Positions 12,353-26,099 are shown, counted from the first letter of the stretch. The stretch: 58,508 nt of DNA from Octopus sinensis (GCF_006345805.1 NW_021833099.1:1-58508), one strand, 5' to 3'. Program-made: numbers and translations. Notes: generated by a model not told the origin, from the sequence alone.

Positions 12353-13153
12353 GTATATATATAGTATGTATGTTTGTGTGTATATGTATATATGCCTGTA
12401 TACATACACACACACACACACATATATACACATACAGATATATATATATATATATATATAAATGTATGCACATTGAAATTTTTACCCCTAATTTTGGAAA
12501 TATTTTGGTTTTAAAGCACTTATTTTCGCGGAGAAATCTGCCAATATTTGTCTTTGTACGTGTTTAGAGATTCAGCTGAATATGGAATCTTTCTCTTCCA
12601 AAATAGCAAAAATATAATTCATCCATTGTTCACCTTAATTTTGAATAACGAGTGGTTGAGAAAAAATTCTTAACCAAATAACTTTTGTCTTTTGCACATA
12701 TAATAGAATTGTTAACACGAACTAGAATACACTCATGAAGTAAATATTTTTATAAGAAGAAATAATATGTTGGAATGTTGGAACGATTCCAAGTCTTACT
12801 TATCAAATAATAATCAAATCATAGCGGTATCGAATAAATACAAAGGCGTATCTCATTGTGTGATATTTTATTTATAACCTCACAGCTAATTATAGATATT
12901 CATTGTATAAGGAATTCTAAAAGTGACTGGAGCAATCAAGTAGCTGTAAGTACTAATCCGAGTGTAAGTGAATGTATCGATTACAAAAAACACCCATATA
13001 CATATATGTGTATATGTGTATGTATGTATGTATGTATGCATGTATGTATGTATGTATGTATGTATGTATGTATGTATGTATGTATGTATGTGTGTGTATA
13101 TATATATATATATATTATATATATACATATAATATATATACATATATATATAC

Positions 13154-13208
<55 letters not shown>

Positions 13209-13221
13209 ATTATATATATAT

Positions 13222-13274
<53 letters not shown>

Positions 13275-13805
13275 CTTATGCAGATTAGCTGTCAATTGTT
13301 GGTGTTTGAATGCGTTGAAATGTGTAAACTTTTGTGGCAGACAGCAAAAGGCTAGTGTCCTTTGAACTTGAAGTTGCTCCAGTATCTTATTTTAAACTCA
13401 TGACAGAAAGAATGAAAGAGAGAGAGAGAGACAGATAGACGGAGACAGACAAAGAGAAAGAGGGAGACAGAGAAAGGTAGCCAGAGACAGAAGGAGAGCA
13501 GTAATGGTAGCACTATGAAGAGACGTTAGTTCCTTCCGATATTTGCATAACTTTCATCGTAATGCTTCAGTAACAAACATTTCAAAATCTTCCGTATGTT
13601 GTATGTTTTGCCGAACTTTCAAACTGTCCCTGTATTTCAACTGTTGCAAACATATCATCTTGGTTTACGACAGTCCAATCGAAACGCTTTTAGTTCTGGC
13701 GTTGTACCGATGCATGAAGAGACAATGGATAGAAGCCTTAATCCTGGTGTTTCACAACTAATAAAATACTAGTTAAATACTAGTTTCAATATACTATCAA
13801 CAATA

Positions 13806-14018
13806 AGGTGGCGAGCTCACAAAATCGTTGGCACGCCGGGCAAAATGCTTAGCGGCATTTCGTCCGTCTTTACGTTCTGAGTTCAAATTCCGCCGAGGTC
13901 GACGTTGCCTTTCATCCTTTCGGGGTCGATAAAATATGTACCAGTCGAGTATCGGAGTCGATGTAAAGAATTTGTCCCCTCCCCCAACATTTCAAGCCTT
14001 GTGTCTTAAGGAGAAAGG
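13806..14018 (+). mobile_element. Family A SINE (tRNA-like head; central domain CTTTCATCCTTTCGGGGTCGATAAAAT..GTACCAG), short tail
   Basis: Shared with more than 15 copies in the window; flanked by near-duplicated AATATACTATC[A/G]ACAATA (13788-13805, 14019-14036). The central domain resembles the Meta/MESC SINE domain as I recall it (unverified). Confidence 0.85.
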
Positions 14019-14036
14019 AATATACTATCGACAATA

Positions 14037-14250
14037 AGGCGGTGAGTTGGCAGAGTCGTTAAGTACCCCGAGCAAAATGCTTAGCGGCATTTCGTTCATC
14101 CTCATGTTCTGCGTTCAAATGCCACTGGAGTCGACTTTACCTTTCATCCCTTCAGAGTCGATAAAATATGTACCAATTGAACACTGAGGTGGATGTGATC
14201 GACTTAACCCCCTACCCCGAAAGTGCTGGCCTCGTACCATAATTTGAAAT
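14037..14250 (+). mobile_element. Family A SINE, short tail (head-to-tail with previous copy)
   Basis: AGGCGGTGAGTTGGCAGAGTCGTT.. with the same central domain. Confidence 0.8.
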
Positions 14251-14299
14251 CGATACGCTATCGTTAGAGTAAAATGTAATATTAGTCATAGTAGATGTT

Positions 14300-14718
14300 A
14301 GTTTAAAGAAGCTTGATTCGCAACATTATGGTTCCGAGTTCAGTCCCACTGCATGGTACTTCGGGCAAGTATCCTTTTCTATATTCCTGGGTCAACCTAA
14401 GTCTTGTAAGTGGATTTGGTAGTTGGAATCTGAAAGAAACCCATCGTATACCCGTGTGTGTATGTTTGTATGTATGTGTGTGTGCATGTGTGTGTGTGTG
14501 TCATTCTGTCTGTGTTTGTTCCTCATCACCACTTGACAACCTATGTTGGTGTGTTTATGTCCTTATAACATAATCACTCGTCAAAAAAGACCGACATTAT
14601 AAGTACTTGGTTTCAAAATTATAAACAAAAGTCCTGGGGTCGGTACATTCGATTAAAATTCTTCGAGGTGATGCCCCAGTATGACCGCTGTCTATTTACT
14701 GAAACAAGTAAAAGATAA
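14300..14718 (+). mobile_element. Family B SINE
   Basis: ATGGTTCCGAGTTCAGTCCCACTGCATGG.. to TGAAACAAGTAAAAGATAAAAG. Confidence 0.8.
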
Positions 14719-15029
14719 AAGATATCCTCAAGCATATATCGATTTTTAAAGACAGAACAAAAGAAACTTATTATTTGCAGTCTTAAAGTAAATGAATTAT
14801 TGGAACAGTGAAACCTTGTAAAACATTTCCAGGGATTACCAAACTGACGTCCCTGGTCTAAACGTATGGAGACAATCACAGGTTGAACACACACATACAC
14901 ATATATACAAAAGGGAAGGAAGTGCACACGGTTGCATACTAAATTAGCATGCACACACACACACACATTCACACACGTATTCACTCGCAATGAGTGCGAG
15001 TTTGTATACACACATATATATAAGCACTC

Positions 15030-15261
15030 AAAGCGACGAGCTGGCAGAAACGGTAGCACGCCGGGCAAAATGCGTAGTCGTATTTCGTCTGCCGTTATGT
15101 TCTGAGTTCAAATTCCGCCAAGGTCGACTCTGCCTTTCCTTCTTTCGGGGTCGATAAATTAAGTACCAGTTACGCACTGGGGTCGATATAATCGACTTGA
15201 TCCGTTTGTCTGTCCTTGTTTGTCCCCTCCGTGTTTAGCCCCTTGTGGGTAGTAAAGAAAT
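15030..15261 (+). mobile_element. Family A SINE, long-tail variant, with perfect 16-bp TSD
   Basis: ATATATATAAGCACTC at 15014-15029 and 15262-15277. Confidence 0.9.
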
Positions 15262-16049
15262 ATATATATAAGCACTCGCTAATTCGCAATTCCAAAACAC
15301 CCAAGAAGTTGCCTTAATTTCAACCGAAAACTTGTATTACTCTGTAACGGAACATCATGAAGTGTGGAAGAAGAAAAAAAAAACGGGGAGTAAAACTTAA
15401 ATCCCAAAGAAATAAACATACAAATTACATACATAATAGCGATTGGAAGAGTTAAGGATATATGATAAATACGCGACCATTTTAATGGAAGTTTTAAATG
15501 TTTTTTGTAATATATACGAATAGTTAACATTCCATAAAATTACTCTTTAAAATGTAAAATAAACAAACAAATATAAATACTAAATTATTAAAAACGACGG
15601 AATATTTGGGGAGAAAATAAAGAATAACATTCAACAGAGCAATTATATTTCTTTTTGGTGTTAATCCAGTTTGTAATTGCAATTAGTAGTTTTCTCTTTG
15701 ACCAGAGTGTTGTGAAATTTGTAAATAATTCTCTGGCACCAGAAGAAATAGAAGAAGTAGAGAAGTGTTGGAGGAGGGGGAGCAGAGATATAAAAGGCAG
15801 CGAGGATATAGATTACAGTCGGATACGTTAATGTATGTGTATGTGTGCGCGTGTATATGAATATATGTATATATGGGTTTGTCTTTCCTTTTGTGTATAT
15901 ATTTATGTGTGTGTGTGAGTGTGTGCGTAAGTATGTGAGTGTATGTTGTGGATTTGTTCCTATTTATAAATACATTTGTACTTTCATATCTAGATGTGCA
16001 GAGTGGCTACTGCAGCTGCACGATGCGGAGCATCTCAGGAAAAAATGGG

Positions 16050-16240
16050 TGAGGTTACTTAGCCACAACACACATTTTTTCTCTTCTTGTTTTGTTTTTT
16101 CTGTGTCCCTTTCTGTAGAAGAGCGTAGGCTCGAAATGTAAAAGACTTTTTTTTATTCCTGAGCGTTATACTAATACATCCGTTTGTTTTGTACATCACC
16201 TGTCTTCGTCTTTTGTTTTTTTCGTAAACTCTCCCTATAT
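16050..16240 (+). mobile_element. Family E short element with hammerhead-like motif
   Basis: CCCTTT-CTGTAGAA-GAGC(GTAG)GCTC-GAAATGTA-AAAGAC at ~16107-16146; aligns with 31700-31895. Confidence 0.7.
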
Positions 16241-16599
16241 ATTATTTCCATTGTCAAGTGACAGAGTCCTTATTGCAACACGGGTTCAAATCATTGTCGT
16301 GTATTCATTGCCCGTTGTTGCACCCGGATCAATAAAACTATTAACCATGTTTTTTAGCTGAGTTGTTTCAATGTCCAAGACGACATCTCTCTCAAAACTG
16401 TGATTTAGTTAATGCTAGAAATCTAACTTCCAGTATTGTCATCTGACCGAAGACGATGTCATTGCATTCGTTTATATCATATGAATGACAATAACGTTAT
16501 GGTTATTATTGCGTAATATCTTCTACAAGTATGGCGCATCAGACGTATGACCATTAGGATTTCAACTGTGACCAATGAATTGTTTTGTTTCTTTTTCAG

Positions 16600-16770
16600 G
16601 CAAAGTCTATCTAAGACTACCTTATCCAACGTACCCTTCCATCTTGTGAACACGGTGGTAGGGTTAAGCAGCACAACCTTTCTACGATAAGTGCAGTTAG
16701 GGTCTACACGGAAATGGATAACAGAAACACTGATATGGAGAGGTACCAATCGTTCGGCGAGGATGGCCAG
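16600..16770 (+). other. Candidate spliced exon (5' UTR plus MDNRNTDMERYQSFGEDGQ)
   Basis: Strong acceptor TTGTTTTGTTTCTTTTTCAG|G; ATG at 16714; weak donor CAG|GTGGCA; no recognised homology. Confidence 0.2.
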
Positions 16771-16934
16771 GTGGCATGAGACCAGCAACAAAGGAAATGA
16801 AGGCAGTGAAAAATGAATAAAAGTGTGTGTGCGTGACTGTGTGTGGTTTTCTGAATGTGTGTACGGATAAGCATGTGTGTATGTGTGTGTGTGCGTGTCT
16901 TGTATGTCTGTGTATGTGTTCGCATATATACATT

Positions 16935-17310
16935 TTTATTTTTTATCTTTTCACTTGTTTCAGTCAGTGGACTGCGGACATGCTGCGGCAGTACCTAGAA
17001 GGATTTGGGCCGAATACATTGACCCTTTAATATACCTTCTAAAGCCTGGAAATTCTTCTATAAAAAATCCTTCGGTTGAACCGCTAAGATACCATCACGT
17101 AAACAAACCAACACCGGGTTGGTAAATGGTGCAGGAGGGACAAAACACAAAGAAATACACACACGGATAGATACATATATACATGATGCGCTTGGTTCAG
17201 TATCCATCTATCAAATCCTCACGCAAAATTTTGCTCGGACCAGGACTCGGCTCGGGACGAATAATAGAAAACACCGAACTCGAAATCATGGCGTTGAGAA
17301 GTAAATCACA
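16935..17310 (-). mobile_element. Degenerate family B SINE
   Basis: CTTGTTTCAGTCAGTGGACTGCGGACATGCTG.. is the reverse of the B tail. Confidence 0.6.
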
Positions 17311-17372
17311 CAGACAACGTGCACCTGTCTTATATGATTGGATTTAATTTGTGCATAAATGAATGCATATAC

Positions 17373-17405
<33 letters not shown>

Positions 17406-17556
17406 TATAGGTATATGTATTCAGTGCATCACCAGGACCCGGTCAGCGACGTAGAAGAAGAGAGAATAGTGAATCTCATTTGCTTGTTAATTATGCAATT
17501 GAAAATTCTTTGTGGTATATCTTCTCTCTCTCTCTCTCCTCCTTCTCTTCTATATA

Positions 17557-17590
<34 letters not shown>

Positions 17591-17959
17591 TCACATAAAA
17601 AATCGTGTACATTAGAACACATTAAGAGGCTTCCAAATAGGAAAGCCTTGTGCTAGAAAGAGCAGTAGAAAACTCAAACTACTAATTATGGATAAATTCT
17701 CGAAAGGATTGAAAATTAAAAACGTTTACCATCTAATAATGTACACGATATTTTTATGTGAATAATATATAGTCTATTGACTATTTTTTTTTTGTGCTAG
17801 GCCACTGGTAATAATAATTTCTATAATTCTTATTACCCTAATATTATTTATATATATATATATATATATAAATCAGTATAGTTATGACGGTTGCATTGTA
17901 TACTGCAGTTTTAGTGCATTAGCCACTGTTTAAGATGTGATAACCAGAAGGAAGAAGAG

Positions 17960-18105
17960 ATACATCGGCACTCAACCGGTCCATGTTTTCAGCCAATTCA
18001 AAAGAATTGCCTTCCTCAAGGACACAATGTATCGCCCGGTCCAGGAGTTGAACCAACAATCTTATGAGTACGAAGCCAACACCCTAGGCCACGTGCCTCC
18101 ACTGT
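17960..18105 (-). mobile_element. Degenerate CORE-type SINE
   Basis: CCTCAAGGACACAATGTATCGCCCGGTCCAGGAGTTGAACC.. resembles reversed family C head and core. Confidence 0.55.
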
Positions 18106-18975
18106 AATTCATGAAATACGTTGCTCTCCATATTTTGTCTGCAATTCTCAACTATCAGCTGTATTAAAAGAACATTAAACGTCGATTTCACGGGTATTGA
18201 AAGTTCTGTAAATGACAATGAGCCGAGCGCGACCCTTCTTCCTCGAGACCAATCCATTAAACAAGAAACAAAACTGAATATAAAAACTTTCCCTTCAAGC
18301 AAGTACTGCCACTTGTCTTCCTTTTCTTTTTTGTTTAGTATAAACCTAATCTATTCGTCTAATAAACAATGATTGATGACTTTTTTCCGCCCCGTAGCGA
18401 CGAAACACAAAACACAAGCCGGGTTACAGTTGACCTGGGTGATATTATACGACAAGTACATAACTGAACATACCGAAAATATCCAACTGTTTTTTGTCCC
18501 AACCCCTAACAAAGCATCCGGTTTGACTCTAACCAACTGCTTCTACTTAAAGGTGGGAATATCAGAAACGGCAGAAGCATCAGTTTATAAATATCTCTCT
18601 GTATCAAAAAAACTTTTTCGTTGCTTTAAGAGCCTGCATCAAAGCCTGATAAAATCAGTTTTGAACATCATTCATACAGTGATGGAGTAGGGGTGGGGTG
18701 GTGGGGGTGGTGGGGGCACAATGAAGTGAGTACCAGTTATGAATTGGAGTTCAATTACATCGAATTATGATATATCGTTTAGCTTCGACGACACTTGAGG
18801 ACGTACAGCGAGTGTTTTGAATCATGATTTGAAATTTATAAAATTTCGAAATGTGATATTCCAGAAACTGATATCTTTATACTGATATATTTATTAGTCA
18901 TGCTATATTAAAAAAGAGTACTTTTGGGAATAAATTACTCTTGATCTTTTTCACCAATTGATATATATATATAAT

Positions 18976-19007
<32 letters not shown>

Positions 19008-19946
19008 ACAATACACACATACATATATATGTGTACATATACATGTATATATGGATATATATATGTATGTGTATGTATGTATGCATTTCATATATATTTG
19101 TACGTGTGTGTGTGTGTGTAAATGTGTGTGTAGTGCGTAAGAAGAGACATAAGGATACAGTATCGGGGTGCAGATTCAAATTATTGTAGCAGATTAACAT
19201 ATAACTGGGGGTGGAATGTGGGTGCATTCGTGTATTATGTGGTATTTTTTTCCGTATATGAACATACATATAGATGTAAGTACACAAATACACATATACA
19301 CTTGCACATACAAGCACACATATACGCACACGCACATACACGCTTACACGTCATATATGTGTGTGTATGTGTGCGTGTATGTGTGTGTGTTTGTATGTGT
19401 TAGTGAGTGTCTGTATTTACCGTATATTATAGCACATATTTGGAGAGCACTGGCTCAATATTCATAGAATATAGATTAAAAGATACTTAGATTTCCTTCC
19501 CATTTTAATTACGATGTTATAGCTTCCAGAATACCATTACATTACCTGCTATTCATTCTCACATTACAGTCTTTATTTATATACATATATACACCCACTG
19601 ATAACATGTATACATGCATGCATGTTCACACAACGATCTACAAATGCATGCTGAGAAAGTGACTACGCAATCATTACACATGCTAGAAACTGCAGCCAAA
19701 TCTGTCATTAAAAAGAAGGACGCTATGGGGACAATAGTCATAAACATTAAAAAATGGCGGAATAGTCATGGCTTGAACCCCTTCAGTCAGGGGCCAAATT
19801 AAACGTTATCATTGTATAAAAAACGAAGCAGATGTTATTATAACAGATGGTATTCCATAAAATGGACGGAATGGCCAAGATTGCCATGTTATACAGCTCA
19901 GGAATTCGGTGGGTATAAGTTTGCTTGGATTAGACAACAACTTTAA

Positions 19947-20109
19947 GGGTGGCTGTGTGGTAAGAACCTAGCTTTCCACCACATATTTCAAGGATCAAAC
20001 CCACCCTGTAGAACCTTCTACTCTAGCCTTGGGCTGACCAAAACCTTGCGGATTTGGTAGACGGAAACTGTAAGAAGCCTGTCATATATATACACACATA
20101 TATATATAG

Positions 20110-20140
<31 letters not shown>

Positions 20141-20141
20141 G

Positions 20142-20229
<88 letters not shown>

Positions 20230-20430
20230 GTGTGTGTGTGTGTTTGTCCCCCACTATCGCTTCACAACCAATGTTTGTGTATTTACTACGGCCTTGTAAA
20301 CTGGTGGTTCGGCAAAAAAAAAAACCGATACAGTAAGTACCAGGCTTTAAAATAACGTACGAGGGTCAATTAATCCGACAAAAATCCAAATCTGCAAGTC
20401 AGTTCCCCTGATGACTGAAACGAGTAAGAA
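19947..20430 (+). mobile_element. Family B SINE with expanded internal (TA)n/(GATA)n/(TG)n
   Basis: Head GGGTGGCTGTGTGGTAAG, body GGATTTGGTAGACGGAAACTG, tail ATGACTGAAACGAGTAAG. Confidence 0.8.
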
Positions 20431-20469
20431 GTAACGTTTACTATATATATATATATATATATGAATCGT

Positions 20470-20752
20470 ACAAGTCCGGGCAAGGTTGTTTATGGAAGAC
20501 CAGCAGTCACCCATGCATACCGGCTTCCTTACCTTATGCCATCGGTGTTGTCCTAGGGAAAGGCAAAGGCCGATGCCCCTTGACACCTTGGCACCTGTGA
20601 CGTCGGCAACTCATTTCAACATCTGAGGGAACTGGAGCAACGTGAAATAAAGTGTCTTGCTCAAGAACACAACACACAGCCCGGTCCTGGAATCGAACTC
20701 ACTACTCCATGATTGTGAATCCGACGCTCTTAGCAACTGAGCCATGCGCCTT
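20470..20752 (-). mobile_element. CORE-type SINE (family C)
   Basis: Aligns with 4577-4894 (ACAAGTCCGGGCAAGGTTGTTTATGG..CTGAGCCATGCGCCTTC). Confidence 0.85.
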
Positions 20753-21080
20753 CACATACGTACATATATACATACATATATATATATATATATAATGTAT
20801 TTGTATGTGTGTTTGTATGTATGTATACGTACATATATGTATGTATGTAATTATGTATATATATATATATATATACATATGTACATATATATACACTCAT
20901 TATATACTAATATAATTACCAGCGTATACATAATTATGCAAACATACATAATCACTTCAAAGTAAATGTAAATTCGTGCTCGTCATGCCTCCATACACGA
21001 CTAAATATTCAACCATTTGCACATGTGTCTAGCCAGAGTGCATGCAAAACAGATATGCCAACTAATATATTTTATATGTG

Positions 21081-21116
<36 letters not shown>

Positions 21117-21714
21117 TTGAGCAACGATATTCTCAGGCTCTTTTTTTTTCCCAAAGTATTTCAGATATTTTTTACGATTAAAATAAATAAAATGGTTAAA
21201 AAAATTTTGCAATAAATAACGCCTTAATTATATATCTGTTTCAAATAATTGAATAACCTTCTGATATTTTATTGTATCGCACGGAACCAAGAAGTTAACG
21301 TTGGTGCTGAGTATATGCATGTAGGTATATATATATATATATGTAGGTATATGTATGTGTGTGTCGGGGGGGGGGGGTGTAAGTGTGTGTGTATGTGTGT
21401 GTGTGTCGTGTGTGTGTGTGTGGTAAGAGAATTGTTTCCCAGTCACATGGTTCCGGGTTCAGTCCCACTGCATGGCATCTTGCCTTGTGCAAGTGTCTTC
21501 CGCCATAGCATCGTTTTAACCTGATATGAACCTACACTTTTGCTTATAAATGAAAGAAACATCGGAGATGCATTGCCCCATGTGGAAACTACAGGGATCC
21601 TTCAGAGGCTTTCGAAGCCCTTCTTCTAAATCAATTGCAAAGTCGGAAATTCTTCCTTATCATCAGTAGGTGTCTCAAAATCATAAGTATTTCATCCCTA
21701 TTGTGTTTTCGATT

Positions 21715-21870
21715 CCTGTACTGGGCGATGCGTTGTGTTCTTGAGCAAAACACTTCATTTCACGTTGCTCCGGACCACTCAGCTAGCAAAAATAAGTAAT
21801 CCTTCGACGGACCGGTGTCCCGTCCAGGTGGGGAATATCTACGTTCCTTAGTCTGAGAAACCGGCCTTTA
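21715..21870 (+). mobile_element. CORE-type SINE fragment with a different tail
   Basis: GTTGTGTTCTTGAGCAAAACACTTCATTTCACGTTGCTCC..CTCAGCT then GACGGACCGGTGTCCCGTCCAGG; related to 52160-52360. Confidence 0.6.
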
Positions 21871-21904
21871 TGTGTTACCTTCTCAGTTTGACTCTAGAAG
21901 ATAC

Positions 21905-22165
21905 CTTTAACTTTTTTATTACTTTAACTTAGTCTGAACGCTTTGCCTAAGTGGGGCACCGAGGACTCAACTAGTCTTCACCTACGGTAGGATTCCCCTT
22001 TATGGTATCTTGCCGACCAGAAACAGGTTCCAGCTGTTATATTTATCTCCTTGGTGGCTTTCTTCAGTTGTTTGTGTTTCAAACCAATCTGCTGGAAACA
22101 GCGCATCAACGTAGATGGAAACCCAAGGCAGCTGATTTCAGTAGGGAACGAAGCGGCATACACAT
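21905..22165 (-). pseudogene. 3' fragment of an RLE-type non-LTR retrotransposon (HERO-like C-terminus)
   Basis: YAASFPTEISCLGFPSTLMRCFQQIGLKHKQLKKATKEINITAGTCFWSAR resembles the ..PIEVGCRGF..LG....RA...I...A....W.W..R C-terminus of HERO-type elements; A-rich 3' end. Confidence 0.5.
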
Positions 22166-22329
22166 AATATCAGGGAGAAAAAATTAATATTTTCTTGTTT
22201 TACAGAATATTAAGAACTTCAGATGAATTCGATCTTGCATCAGTTGCATTACATTTAAAAATAATTACTCAATTCTGTACCGAAGACAGTAGCAATCCTT
22301 TCAACTGAAGGTACAAGACTTCATATTGG

Positions 22330-22660
22330 TTGGGTGGGGATTAGTCGACTATATCGACCCCAATGGCATGAGAGGCAAAATCGACATCGGCGGAATTTGA
22401 ACTCAGAACGTAGCGACGTGCGAAATACCTATTTCTTTACTACCCACAAGGGGCTAAACACAGAGTGGACGAACAAGGACAGACATAGGTATTAAGTCGA
22501 TTACATCTACCCCAGTGAGTAACTGGTACTTAATTTATCGACCCCGAAAGGATGAAAGGCAAAGTCGACCTCGGCGGAATTTGAACTCAGAACGTAGCGA
22601 CAGGCGAAATACGGCTACGCATTTCGCCCTGCACGTTAACGATTCCACCAGTTCACTGCT
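22330..22660 (-). mobile_element. Family A SINE dimer (long-tail monomer followed by headless short-tail copy)
   Basis: Junction AATACC (minus GGTATT) at 22424-22429. Confidence 0.8.
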
Positions 22661-23075
22661 TTTACCGAAGACAGCAATAATATTGATTTTATTATTCACT
22701 TATAGAAGAAAAAATCATAGTATATCATGTGACTTATGTTAAATAAGCCATATATGGCCAAAAATGACTTCAGTTCTTTGCTAGCGTATAGGGGAAGGGC
22801 TCGTCCACTATTTCTGACCATACACGGCCTTTTGCTGCAGTTCAATGATGGGATGTGACTACGTGGTACAGAAATTCTATTGCTCGATGAAAATCGGTTT
22901 CCTTACCAAGGAAAACCTTAGCAGTCTCAATAAACGTAACCACAGAAGCGCGAACACACATGTGCAGGCACATACTCAAATACACCTACATGCACATACA
23001 CACACCACATATATATATATACATATACGTACATATATACACATATACATTATGTATATATATATACACAAATAC

Positions 23076-23171
<96 letters not shown>

Positions 23172-23851
23172 CATACATACATATACATAAATACACAACG
23201 CACACACATTTATTTAATATTTTCATAATACGGCAAAAATAATCAGGAATATAAAGTATCTTTATAAGAGAAAAATGTGTTTGTATGTATGTATGTGTGT
23301 CGAGAGCTGTAGGTTAGTGTCTGTGTGGTTGTGCGTATGCCTGTGTGTGTGTGTGTATATGTGTGTGCGTTCGTGTTCCTGTGTAAGCAAATGTATGTGT
23401 AAGACTATGGTCTATATCAGCAGTATCAATGGAAAAAAGGACGGTTCCGCTCATACATTTTGGTAATGGAGCGTTTGATTAAGAAAACTTAATCTTAAAG
23501 TTTTTTTAATTCAAAGAAAATGGGTTTAATCGCTTCCCCTAATCACCGAATACCGACAAGTGATCCGATATAGCACAATATGTATGTAGATATATATATG
23601 TATATATGTATGTACGAATCTATGTATAGACGTACGTATGTCTGAGTGTATATGGATGGATGAACGTAAATATGTGTATATGTATGCACAATACTTTGAG
23701 TATAATATGTGTGTGAGTGTGTGTATAAAACACACACGCACATATGTATATGAATATAAATAGATACATATTATATATGGACAGACGCACAAGCATACAT
23801 ACATGCGTGTATGCACATACATACATACATACATACATGCATACATATATA

Positions 23852-23897
<46 letters not shown>

Positions 23898-23916
23898 ACA
23901 TAGTACGTATATATGT

Positions 23917-23947
<31 letters not shown>

Positions 23948-24163
23948 TATATATAATCCATATTTATGGATTTATGTGCACATATCTATTCATATATATA
24001 TATTTATGCATATACGTATGTGCGTATGTATGCGTGTGTCTATGTTATCCAATGTAAATAATTTCGAAATCAAAATTATTTAACAACCGTAACCTCAGCT
24101 GATTTCTATGTTAAAGTGAAAAGTGAGAGGGTGTTAGAACGGGGTGAGGTGGGATATACATAC

Positions 24164-24172
24164 ATTCATACA

Positions 24173-24241
<69 letters not shown>

Positions 24242-24243
24242 AC

Positions 24244-24280
<37 letters not shown>
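24164..24280. repeat. (TATC)n microsatellite, left flank of Tx1-like LINE
   Basis: Direct reading. Confidence 0.95.
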
Positions 24281-24281
<1 letters not shown>

Positions 24282-25883
24282 TGTTGAGTTGCTCGGGGTC
24301 TGGTTCGGTCCGGACCTCCAAATGGAGAAGAACTGGAACGAGATAACGAGTAGGGTGGTCACTCTCGCCCAGCAATGGCCGAGAGGAAACTGTCCCTAAA
24401 AGGTCGGGCGGAGGTGGTGGTGAACGCGTACATCGCGTCCATCATCTACTACCGCCTGACCGTCGTACCTTGTCCCGACCCTACCATCACCAAACTAGAA
24501 CGCATCCTCTTCCGCTTCTTGTGGAAAGGATGCGTCCCGATGGTCAGGCGATCCATTTGCTGTCAACACCCGTTAAAAGGAGGGCTGGGCATGCCGTGGT
24601 TGATGATGCGCAGACACGCGCTGAGACTGCGACATCTCCGGCTCTATGTAGACGACGGTGAACAGTGTGTGTCGCGTTGTTTGTGAGGCACGCATTCCCG
24701 CAACTCGTCTCATGACCGAACTACAGTCGTGGATCAAAAGAGGCCGAAGAAGGGCGAATGGCACGCGAGATGTCGCGTGCTCTCAAGCAACTCTGCCGTC
24801 CGGGTCGACCTTGAGTGACTTAAACACAACCAAAGCATTCTATAGGGGATTAGGGAGGGGAGGTACGACGACGAGCTCGGGCAAACCTGGGCGTCGACGA
24901 GGAATACCTACCCGCCTGTTTCAAAAGACTTTCGGCCCGGGACTATGGACAAACTTCCAGAGATCCTGGCCTGGCGGTGCTACCGAGAAGCGCTACCCGT
25001 TCGGGATAAGCTCTATAGGCATGGCTCGAGAAACACGGGGCCGACCTGCCCGAGATGCGGGCAGAGCGACGAAACCGCTCTGCACGCAATCGTGCAGTGT
25101 CCAGCAATTTCCCACCTGTGGGCTTATGTCGAACGACTGCTGTCACGTGTGGGACGTGTCGTTTATCAGCCGAGTCTATCGTTAATATCGTCACGCCTCC
25201 TTCCTTCAACGGGAAGGAAGAGCTATTTTTATCATACTGTGGCTATGGCGAAAGAATGTATCTGGTGGACGCGTTCTGAAAGGATTAGAGACAAACACTT
25301 TCCTCTCTGGTCAATCTCTCATCAACTTCTTCAAGTATCACTTGAAGAGAAAAAAGTGAGAGTAGAGAGGCAAGTTTTGTCTAGTGAATGTTTTAAAAAA
25401 AGATGGGTGAATGTAGCAAGAATGGCACGTATGAATGACGAAGCCACCTTGACTATGATTCTATGAACCGTAAAAAATTAATAGGAGTTGCTTATTTGCA
25501 AAAAAAAAAAAAAAAAGAAATATAACATGTGACTTCATTGACCGAGGTTACCGTGGTCTTTTCCGTAGGCTTTTCTTTCCACGGGTAAACCTCACCTGCC
25601 CCCCCTTTACACTTCATATTGACATTCTGTGATAACGATCCTATTGATCATTTTTTTCCTCTCCCCCTTTTTTTAACCCCCCCTTTTTTTTTTGTCCCTT
25701 TCTCTCCTTTTACGATCCCTTTTGATCGACCCCCCTTTTTTTTTTATTTTTTTTTATTTTATTTTTTTTTCTTATTTTTTATTTTTTTTTATTTTTTATT
25801 TTTTATTTTTTAAACCTTCAAAGAAAAGCTCTACCTTGTTATTTGTTTCTATCTGTGTGCAGCCTGTGTGGCTAATAGAAACA
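24281..25883 (+). mobile_element. 5'-truncated Tx1/L1-clade LINE (RT thumb to CCHC zinc knuckle, plus 3' UTR), frameshifted
   Basis: VELLGVWFGPD..QQW/AERKLSLKGRAEVVVN..LFRFLWKG..V.RSICCQHPLKGGLGMP; CPRCGQSDETALHAIVQCP; stop at 25466; then UTR with hairpin and T-rich tract; (TATC)n on both sides. Confidence 0.85.
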
Positions 25884-25885
25884 TA

Positions 25886-25947
<62 letters not shown>

Positions 25948-26030
25948 GCTAGCTAGCTAGCTATCTACCTATCTATCTATCTATCTATCTATCTCTCTAT
26001 TTATCTATCTATCTATCCATCTATCTATCT
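25884..26030. repeat. (TATC)n microsatellite, right flank of Tx1-like LINE
   Basis: Direct reading. Confidence 0.95.
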
Positions 26031-26099
26031 CACACTCTCTCTCTCTCTCTATATATATATATACATATATATACATATATATATATGTGTGTATGTATG

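Noticed and set aside
16445-16500. CCGAAGA..TGTCATT/AATGACA..ATAACGTT, a possible eroded hammerhead
   Set aside because: The GAAA core is missing and no stem I is present; too degenerate to support.
18147-18300. Peptide SVNDNEP resembling a cadherin DxNDNxP motif
   Set aside because: The remaining cadherin-repeat motifs (LDRE, AxDxG) are absent and the splice signals are weak.
20408-20425. CTGATGACTGAAAC, a hammerhead-like core
   Set aside because: It is a variant of the family B SINE tail (AATGACTGAAAC); no stem II or stem I.
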